A stretch of DNA of 63,649 bases, the filler included, from Thraustochytrium aureum (lineage: Eukaryota): assembly GCA_012862495.1 (NCBI GenBank). It is 4 parts of 4 records of this genome, joined end to end, with 100 filler letters (N's around TTAATTAATTAA, not from the genome) between each part and the next. Parts side by side here need not be neighbours in the genome. Positions count along the whole stretch, not along the records: positions 51,657 to 56,919 come from BLSG01000357.1; positions 57,020 to 63,649 come from BLSG01000359.1; 2 more parts are not named here. The stretch is one strand, 5' to 3'. The notes under the pieces are model-generated. The model was not told the DNA's origin. It searched no databases and saw only the letters and a list, made by a program, of their open reading frames with translations. Position numbers and translations under genes: made by a program. This document shows, one piece after another, positions 55,006 through 63,649 of this stretch (positions within the stretch are counted from its first letter, which is position 1; every line of letters begins with the position of its first letter).

Positions 55006-55965
55006 CTTGGCGCAGGCCTGGACCGGGGTCAACTCGAAGGACCGGAACGAGGTGTTTTCACGGCTCTGCTCTCTGCGCCGCTGCGGCCGTCCGCTCCGTC
55101 AGGTCGCCCTTGCTTGAGCTAATTGGCACGCACGAACGCCAGTCTGCCCGTCCGTCGCTCCGTCGCTCGCTCGGCCTCTCGGGCTCCTCCTCCTCGGTCG
55201 CGTTGGGTGACTGCCTGCTGCCGCGGCGACAGCGTATCTTGTGCGCTCACTGCCAAACTACTGTCTTCGTAAATGGGGAAGGTGCCGGCGACCCTTCCGA
55301 GGGGCCTCTGGCGACTCCGTCCTTTTCCTGCGCCTTTGGCGAAAGGTGCGCCGCAGTCATCAGTCGCTTCAACGCCCGGCCGCCACGAAAGGGAGCGCAG
55401 CCCCTCCCTCGCCATCGCGGGCTGCTCTGAGTCATCAGGTAGGTTCGCAGGAACGGGCCAAAGGGCCACCCACCGAGGTCGGCAAGGCCGGTGCGCGGGT
55501 GGATGGATGGATCCACAGCAGTGACAGATGGATCAATCATCAAGCCAAAAGTGTCGGACTGGGACGACAGCCAGACCCTCTATACAAGACACAGAGGGCA
55601 AAGGATACAGCGGAGAACGCACNNNNNNNNNNNNNNNNNNNNNNNNNNNNNNNNNNNNNNNNNNNNNNNNNNNNNNNNNNNNNNNNNNNNNNNNNNNNNN
55701 NNNNNNNNNNNNNNNNNNNNNNNNNNNNNNNNNNNNNNNNNNNNNNNNNNNNNNNNNNNNNNNNNNNNNNNNNNNNNNNNNNNNNNNNNNNNNNNNNNNN
55801 NNNNNNNNNNNNNNNNNNNNNNAGTCTGGCTGAGCCAGCCAGGTCAGGTGAGCGAGCAGACCGCGCGTGCCACCAATCGGGCGAGGCGCTCTTGCTTGAG
55901 AGGCAGTCGACTGCGCTTGCGAAGCGGACGGATATCGCGGCGAACGTCGCAGCCGCACGCCGGAA

Positions 55966-56885
55966 ATGCAGCGCTACCGCGTGCAGGTGCCGCAGGGCGT
56001 GCAGGCTGGAACGCAGTTTGTCGTCAATGTCGGCGGCCAACACATGCGCGTGACCTGCCCAGCGGTAAGTTGGCCGTGGGCAGACGCGACGCGGTGCGAG
56101 AGCGTGCAGGCCAGGCCGTTGATCTTGCTAGCTAACATGCACTGGTTGCGCAGGGGTCTGGGCCGGGGTCGACCATCGAAATCCAAGCACCCGCTCCCCA
56201 AGGCCAGATGCCACCGCAAGCATCATACCAACACCAGGGTTACGCCCAGGCGCCAGCACCAGTTCCGCCGCAAGGGTCTCTTGGGGCGACCCACAGCAGC
56301 CTTCAGCGCATGAGCCTCACCACTCCGCAGTGCCCCGCCTCGGCTGACGCGGAGCGCCAACTCGCAGCAATCACAACAGCGCCGCCCCCAGGCCTAATTT
56401 TCACTGCGATGGACCGCGATGGGAGCGGGGCGGTTGACGTCGCCGAGTTGCAGCACGGGCTAAGCCAAGGCGGGCGGATGGAGTTTTCGTTGAAGACCTG
56501 CAAGCTCCTCGTCAACCTCTATGACGTAAACAAAGACGGCAAGGTCCGCCGAGACGAGTTCCTGGGCCTGTGGCAGTACCTTGACAGCTGGCGTGCTTGC
56601 TTTGACGCCCACGACAAGAGCAAGACGGGCTTGGTTAAAAAGGACGAGCTCCGCGCCGCCATTCAGCAAGTGGGCTACAAGTTCAGTGACGAGTTTTACA
56701 ACAAGCTAGTTCGCATTTACGACACCGCGAGCAAGGGCGGCGTTTCGTTCGACGTCTTCATTCAAGTGTTTTGCGAGCTCCACAACTTGACCGAGGCCTT
56801 CAAAAAGCACGATCATGAACGCGTTGGTCGCGCCACCTTCCAGTACGAGGAATTTCTCAACGCAGCATACTCCATCCACCTCTGA
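55966..56885 (+). CDS. Penta-EF-hand protein (peflin/ALG-2/sorcin family), 2 exons: 55966-56064 and 56154-56885
   Basis: Intron 56065-56153 (GTAAGT..GCTAAC..CGCAG) joins the exons in frame. A P/Q/G-rich linker precedes DRDGSGAVDVAE, FSLKTCKLLVNLYD, EFLGLWQYL..WR..FD..DK and G.ATFQYEEFL. Confidence 0.92.
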
Positions 56886-56919
56886 GGCCGCAGGTGCGGA
56901 GCTGTCAGACGAGTTCGTT

Positions 56920-57019
56920 NNNNNNNNNNNNNNNNNNNNNNNNNNNNNNNNNNNNNNNNNNNNTTAATTAATTAANNNNNNNNNNNNNNNNNNNNNNNNN
57001 NNNNNNNNNNNNNNNNNNN
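56920..57019. other. Artificial scaffold-joining spacer
   Basis: TTAATTAATTAA at 56964-56975 flanked by N runs. Confidence 0.95.
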
Positions 57020-57811
57020 CGATCGCGCTGTGTCGGAGCCTCCTGCAGCAGTGTCCGTGCGGACGGCCGAAGACATGCAGGAAGAAGAGCTCGGTTGCCC
57101 CAAGCCACGCCCCGCTGCCGAGGCGCAGTTGGTTCCCTCGGACATCCCTGGCATGAGCAGCAGCAGCTTGTCCTCGCCAGCACTTGTCCCTGGACTGCCG
57201 AGTGTTGAAAGGCGCTGGTTGTGTCAGAGGGTATTTCGCTTGCGTGCGATCGACTTGCAAATTTAGGCATTCCTCCGGTAGAGGATAATTCGCTACTAAG
57301 ACTTCGGTTAGGTCGCTTGCACATTATGGGTTAGGTCAATGACACCTTGACGTGAGTATAGTAGGCCCAAGTAAAATAAGGGGGGATACTCATTATAGAC
57401 AGGTGTTGCCACGTAATTGAGGGTTAACGTGAAATTAGCATTATGATATCATGAATGGTGGGCGGTAGGGGGCAACGGCCGGGGCGAACAGCTCGTTGCG
57501 CGCTTGACCCTAACCTGCTTCGCGCACCGCCCTAACCTGGCGGCGGGGAGTTGGGCGAGTTGGCAGAGCAGGGCGAGCAGGGCGAGGAGGGGGTGCTGGT
57601 CAGGCAGGCCGAGAGCGCGCGCGCTGGCTGGCGACTGAACGCGTTTTCAGGCGCGAGCGTGCCGTACACCGGCCATACTGTGCGTGCGCCTGGCGCTGCG
57701 CCCCCGTACACTGGACAAAGACCGCCTGCTGGACGGGCAGCCGAGCGCTGCTGACGTGGGCTGCGCGGCCGACCAGGAGAGCGGCGCCCGGCAGGGGCCG
57801 CGGACAGCGCG

Positions 57812-58489
57812 ATGTTCTCCCTACTCTCAGGGTTCTTCACGTGGCTCTTCTCCAAGACGGAGATCCAGATTCTCATCATCGGACTCGACCACGCCGGCAA
57901 AACGACGCTGCTCGAACAGATGAAGGGCATCTTTCAGAAGGCAGCGAATCAGATCCCGCTCGACAAGATCCCACCCACAGTAGGACTCAACATCGGGCGC
58001 ATGGACATCAACAACTGCAGGGTGATTTTCTGGGACCTTGGAGGCCAGATTGCGCTGCGGTCCATCTGGGACAAGTACTACTCTGAGGCGCACGGCCTCG
58101 TGTTCGTGCTCGACTCGGCGGACACTGATAGATTCGAAGAGGCCAAGGCGGCGATGGAGTCGCTCGTCGAGCACCCCGAGCTGGCGGGAGTGCCGCTTCT
58201 GGTTTGCGCCAACAAGCAAGACCTGGCGACAGCCCGTCCGTTCGACGAGATCAACGACTACTTTCAGATCGAGGCGGATACAAAAAGCAAGAACGGCGCG
58301 GCCGACGCCTCCAGCGGGCTCCTCGGCGGGGTCATGGACCACCGCAAGGCGATCGGCCGGAGGCGTGAGAGGAAGCTGCAGCCCGTGTCTGCGCTGACGT
58401 GCTCCGGAATCGAAGATGGCATCAAATGGCTCGTGGAGAACGCGGTCAACAACCCGGACATTATTCGCGCTCGAAGCCCCGCGCCTTGA
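57812..58489 (+). CDS. ARFRP1: ADP-ribosylation factor-related protein 1 (Arl3p orthologue)
   Basis: N-terminus MFSLLSGFF with no Gly2, plus GLDHAGKTTLLE, IPPTVGLNIG, FWDLGGQ..LRSIWDKYY and ANKQD. Confidence 0.93.
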   Translation: MFSLLSGFFTWLFSKTEIQILIIGLDHAGKTTLLEQMKGIFQKAANQIPLDKIPPTVGLNIGRMDINNCRVIFWDLGGQIALRSIWDKYYSEAHGLVFVLDSADTDRFEEAKAAMESLVEHPELAGVPLLVCANKQDLATARPFDEINDYFQIEADTKSKNGAADASSGLLGGVMDHRKAIGRRRERKLQPVSALTCSGIEDGIKWLVENAVNNPDIIRARSPAP

Positions 58490-59200
58490 GCGGCCTGCCG
58501 CACCTGCCCCCTGCCCTGTGTTTTGCCACCTAGCACTGTTCTTTCCAGAGTTGGCAATTGCCCGGCGAGCACGGCTCTCGTTGACAGAGCTGGCCCGTCC
58601 GAATTCGACAAATGAGTTTGCCACTTTTTGTTTGCGGTCCGTGCAACTGTTAGCTAAAGCTAGCTAGCTAGAGCTAGAGAAGNNNNNNNNNNNNNNNNNN
58701 NNNNNNNNNNNNNNNNNNNNNNNNNNNNNNNNNNNNNNNNNNNNNNNNNNNNNNNNNNNNNNNNNNNNNNNNNNNNNNNNNNNNNNNNNNNNNNNNNNNN
58801 NNNNNNNNNNNNNNNNNNNNNNNNNNNNNNNNNNNNNNNNNNNNNNNNNNNNNNNNNNNNNNNNNNNNNNNNNNNNNNNNNNNNNNNNNNNNNNNNNNNN
58901 NNNNNNNNNNNNNNNNNNNNNNNNNNNNNNNNNNNNNNNNNNNNNNNNNNNNNNNNNNNNNNNNNNNNNNNNNNNNNNNNNNNNNNNNNNNNNNNNNNNN
59001 NNNNNNNNNNNNNNNNNNNNNNNNNNNNNNNNNNNNNNNNNNNNNNNNNNNNNNNNNNNNNNNNNNNNNNNNNNNNNNNNNNNNNNNNNNNNNNNNNNNN
59101 NNNNNNNNNNNNNNNNNNNNNNNNNNNNNNNNNNNNNNNNNNNNNNNNNNNNNNNNNNNNNNNNNNNNNNNNNNNNNNNNNNNNNNNNNNNNNNNNNNNN

Positions 59201-62200
59201 TGCGCAGCAGTTGACCTCGCTTGCGGCGGCGGCTTGCCGGCGGGGGTCCGAGTTGCTTCGCTAGGTACCTGCTTCTGCGCCCCGCCACTCTTCGCGGGCG
59301 GCGGGCCCTGCTTGCTCGTCGCGCCAGCGGCATCCAAAACGCGCGCCTTCTTTGGCGGTGCCACAGCGGCTGCAGCCTCGCCGCCCCCAACGTCTCTGCT
59401 GCGCTTCTTCGATCCTTGCTGCGGAACTGCCTTCGCAACCTCCTGGGGTTTTCGGTCTTCCGTGCGCGCCTTCTCGCCGCTGCCGCCCGAGCTCCCAGGC
59501 AGAGTGCCGCCCTGCTTGGGCGGCGGTTCGTCGCTGGTCCGCTTGACCGAAGGCGGCCCCCGCTTGCCTGAACTCTGCGAATCAGCCACGTCGCGCTCCT
59601 GCGCAGGAGCAGCCGCCCCGCCTTCCGCGCGAGGAGGCTTGAATTTGTTCGCGAGCATTGTCTCGTAGCGCTTTGCCATCGTCTTGATGTCTTGCCGGTC
59701 GTCATTTGCAGCCAGCTCTGCGGCGCGCTTCTGGAGTCGCGCCGCCTGGGCGCTTTCCGTGGGATAAAGGTCAATCACTTTGCTCGTGATAATGAGCGCG
59801 CATCGGACCTGCAAATACGACGAGGACGAGAGGGCGCCAACAAAGATATCGCCAAGCCTCGCATACCAGACGTCGGCCTTGGCTCGCAGCGCACCTAGGG
59901 TTAGCGTCTCCGCACCAGCATCCGCTACTTTCGCCTCGAAAAGCTTGGCGAAGCTCTTCTTGTCCTTGGTCCATTCGGCGAGCACGCCCAGCATCTCCTT
60001 CAGGAAGATGCCAAGGTGGCTGGCCTCCCGCTCTGTGACGCAAAACAGGTGCGCAGCCACATACTCGACAATGAGGTCAAAGCACTCCACGGCCGAAAAC
60101 CCCGGAACGGTCCGGTCGTGCAAGAGCCGCAAAAACCGTGCGCAGTACAGGGCGTCAGAGGCCGAGAACAGCGCCCGAGGAACGATGCACAACTGCATCA
60201 AGTCTTGCAACACCCCAACAGACCCGCAGCAAACAGCAACCCCGCTCCCCCCCTGGGCGGAACTGCCCCCTGGAGAGGGCGTTGGGAACCACCCAGCCTT
60301 CTGCTCGTCAATCAGCTTTAGGACGCACTGCCGGTTCTCGGTCTGCATGGACAGTTCCCCCTCGAGCGCTCGCAGCAGAGCGCTGCAGCGATCTATCTCG
60401 GGCGCCCTTTTCTTTTCCGGCAAGCTCGCGTCGGCGCCTGCACCGTATCCGCCCCCCTTGAGCTGGGCCAGCTTTTGCCGCACGCGTTCAGTCTCGCCGT
60501 CGTACTGGGCGCGAGGAACCATGACATCCCACAGCGCCAGCGTCCAAAACAATATGTAGAGCTCTGCTGGGAGAGCGCGCTTCGCCTCGCCGTTTTGCAG
60601 CGCGACGTGCGCCATGCGCTTGAGCTCGTCAGAATCCAGACCCCACTTGGCAATCATTTCGTCGTCCAGGGCCCACTTGGGCTCGCTCAGCGTCGGCGCA
60701 AAGGCTGCCGAGCCTGCAAAAAAGCGGGCCTGCTTGGCAGCCGCGAGCACTGGCCGAGCCATGTGAAAGACCACGACAGGGTCGACGTGAAACGAAGTCG
60801 CTAGCTCTGCGAGCGGCAGCAAGTGCTCTGCGGCAAACTTTTGCACCGGGATTTGCACCCCAACAAACTCGACGAACTGGCCGAGGACGGAGGCGCACTT
60901 GTCGTACTTGTGGCCAACCAGTTTGAGGTTGGTGGTGGATCGGTCGTAGAGCACGGCGGCGAGCTGCTGAGCGATAAGGATGAGCAGCGGCATGAGCATC
61001 CCGTTGTCCTCGAGCGCTGAGCGCAAGCTTTGGATCGGCCGCCGTTTGGCTGCTACTGCGGCCCCCCAGAGCGGCGCGCGCCTGCACGCGAAGCACGTCC
61101 CCTCCGGCCATCGCGAGTGCGTGTCTTCACTACAGTCCTCTACGATCTCGAGCCCTGCCATGCGCGCGACGATTTCCTCCAGGACGAGGAGGTCCAAGCT
61201 GTGCTTGAGCGAGAGCTCCCGAAACACGTACTGCAAAAGCCCGCGCAGCTCCACTTGCGGGTACTTGGCATAGTAGTGCCCAGCGAAGCGGCAGAGGGCT
61301 TGCAGCCAGTGCGAGAGCGACTGGCCGTCCTCTTTGATCTTCGCTGCCTCGCTCTTGCCAAGCGCCACGATGAGAAGATAACCGAGCACATCGAACGCCA
61401 TCGGGCTCAGCTGCTTCATGGCGTCCACCATGACGGGGATCAGGTTGTCGTAAGCCTGGATGTTGTCAAGCATCGCCCCCAGGGCCACGAGCGGGTTGTT
61501 GTGCGAGACTTTGCCAAGGCGCCTGCAAACCAGCCGCATCGCCTCTTTTCCTGTTGCGACGCGCTTGAGCACTTGCTTGGCGGCAAACTTTGTCCTTGCT
61601 CGAACCAGTTGCAGCCCCGGGATTCGCTCGTAGTGGTCTGTGCGCCACCGCTCGTAGAGGTCGTAGCGCACCGTGAACGGGAGCTGCTCCAACAGCCCCC
61701 ACAGCTCGAACACGAGCGCCGGGTTCGCTTGCTCCACCATCGCAAGCGCGGGCAGCAAGCACTGGTCAAGCAGTCGCACGACGTCACGCTTGGCCTGCAC
61801 ATCGGCCCCCTCCCCGAGCGGGATGCTCGCGAGCACACGGACGACCTTGAATGTGAGCGGCAAGTCCGAGCTCAGTCGATGGCCTGCCGCTACGAGGACC
61901 TCGCGGAAACGCTCGACAAAGTCAGCGGGCGTCAGCGCCGGGGCGAATGAGCCTTGGCTGCGCAGGTGTTCCGAGACGAGGCCTGCACCGCGGCCGGCAT
62001 TGGCTTTGCGCCCGCCGGCCATCGCTGCAGCTGCAAGGCCGTGGGGCAAGGTGGCATACACCGGGTCGACAGCGGCGTGCAGCTGCTCGAAGAGCACTCC
62101 CTTGACGAGCGGGTGGTCAAAGGCGGCTGCGTTGCCGAAGGCTCTCGCGAGCTCAATCGCGCGGTCCCAGTCCCCGAGGGCCAAAAACGCGGCGACCAGA

Positions 62201-63456
62201 CCAAACTTTTGGTTGCCGGTATCCTCGCGCACGACCTGAAGCGCGTACGCACGACGCAACNNNNNNNNNNNNNNNNNNNNNNNNNNNNNNNNNNNNNNNN
62301 NNNNNNNNNNNNNNNNNNNNNNNNNNNNNNNNNNNNNNNNNNNNNNNNNNNNNNNNNNNNNNNNNNNNNNNNNNNNNNNNNNNNNNNNNNNNNNNNNNNN
62401 NNNNNNNNNNNNNNNNNNNNNNNNNNNNNNNNNNNNNNNNNNNNNNNNNNNNNNNNNGCCGACTTTGCGGCTCTCCTGCAGGATCTTGGTCTCTCGCTCT
62501 GCAATAATCTTGGCGAGCACCGGGCTCGCAGGCTCGAGGTGCGGCAGCATGTCGTCTACGTTGAGCCAGCCCAGCGCAATCAGCTTGGCGCACAAGTACA
62601 GGAGAGAGAGAGGCGTTTGGCGCGGTGCCAGCGCCTTGCTTTCGTCGCTGCTCGTGGATGCCTCGCCGCCCTGTGTCAGGTCGCCGGCGTGGTACATTTG
62701 AAGCTTGAACCCTAGCACCTGCTTGAGATTCGACTTGCGGAAGAGCGCCAAGAGCTCGAGGTAAGCCTCGTTCTCTGGGTCTTTCTCAAAAGCGTCCAAG
62801 ACGAGGTCAAACGCTCTGTTGGGGTCCAGCCGAAAGTAGCCGATTAGCTTTTGCATGTTTTCCGTGACGCTCGCAACGTTGTCCCTCTCGAGGCCCTCCA
62901 GCACGGTGACAAGCTTGGCAAAGCCTTCGCTTTCTTCGCTCAGCAGGTTGAACTTTTGCTGCCGGTAAAACCTGTTCGTGTTCGCTTTCACGAGCTGCTT
63001 GTGGATCCCTTTGGCGTCGCCAAGCCCGGCGCCAGCGATAAGGTCCACCTCGAGGCGCTCTTCCAGAGCCGACCGCGCAACGAGCCCGGCATTTGCCGCG
63101 GCCTGAACGAACTCGCACAAGCGCTTCCACCCGTGGCTCATCTCCTTTTCTTCTTCCGATTCGAACGCGCGGACCTCGCTTCCGGCATACCAAAGCGCAT
63201 CGGCGAGGCAGTCTCCGACTGCCTCTGCCGCGGCGGCAGTGGTGGCTGCGGCCCCAAGCGCTGCGCAGGCGGGCTCCACGGCGACCTTCTCGTCGACCAC
63301 CAGCCAGGTCAGCTCGAGGAGGAGGCGCGTCAATCGCTCCTCGTCCCCTGCGCCATCTGCGAGCGCCTTTCCCAGGTGCCCGGCCGCTCCCTTCCCGCAG
63401 CAGGCGGCCTCGTCCAGGACCTGCAAGCTGCGGCTGTAGCTGGTGCTCGGTGGCAT
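59201..63456 (-). CDS. THOC2: THO complex subunit 2, with an internal gap and 3' end in gap
   Basis: NTNRFYRQQKFNLLSEESEGFAKL, LIGYFRLDPNRAFDLVLDAFE, IQAYDNLIPVM, WLQALCRFAG, LYILFWTLAL.D..VP, Q.CIVPRALFSASDALYCARF and TEREA..LG.FL. Confidence 0.95.
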
Positions 63457-63649
63457 CTTGGCGCACGGAGCGGGCGGGGCCGACGAAGCCGCGGCCCTTG
63501 CTGGCCGCGCAGGGGAGGCTGCAGCCGCTGCGCGTAGCTAGCTGAGTGCCTCTCGCGGCTCGGGGTCTGCGCCGGGCTGCTCCGTTCGGGACCTGCTGGC
63601 GCGCAAGCTGGGTTGAAGAAGCCCGAGACCCGCAAAAGCGGGTAAATAA

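Overview
This is eukaryotic, GC-rich, gene-dense and intron-poor genomic DNA. Introns are short (about 80-190 nt), of the GT..AG type, with CTRAC-like branch points. Gene content and structure fit a flagellated stramenopile such as a thraustochytrid/labyrinthulomycete; that is an inference, not an identification. The window is not one contiguous locus. An artificial 100-nt spacer (44 N + TTAATTAATTAA + 44 N) occurs three times, so at least four independent scaffolds are joined here. Many genes also carry single-base indels at short homopolymers, most likely sequencing errors. About 25 protein genes are supported: a TTL-family ligase, RRS1, steroid 5-alpha-reductase, a Ran-binding-domain protein, RPL30, two sulfatases flanking a sulfotransferase, a calcyphosin-DM10 fusion, a putative membrane-tethered regulator, a flavin reductase-like protein, PP2C, COG5, COPB2, a GLG1-like Cys-repeat membrane protein, a PDZ-bearing kinesin-14, a secreted Cys-rich protein, two temptin-like genes, LEKR1-like, an AIG1-like membrane protein, an MPPED-like phosphoesterase, CCDC13, an SDR, a penta-EF-hand protein, ARFRP1 and THOC2. 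The most interesting candidates are: (1) a sulfatase-sulfotransferase-sulfatase cluster; (2) a large protein with an uncharacterised N-terminal globular domain, a long disordered region and one or two C-terminal TM helices, resembling the layout of membrane-tethered transcription factors; (3) a ~55-65 bp non-coding element repeated on two different scaffolds; (4) tandem secreted/GPI-type temptin paralogues. No rRNA, tRNA, CRISPR array or intact transposon could be supported.
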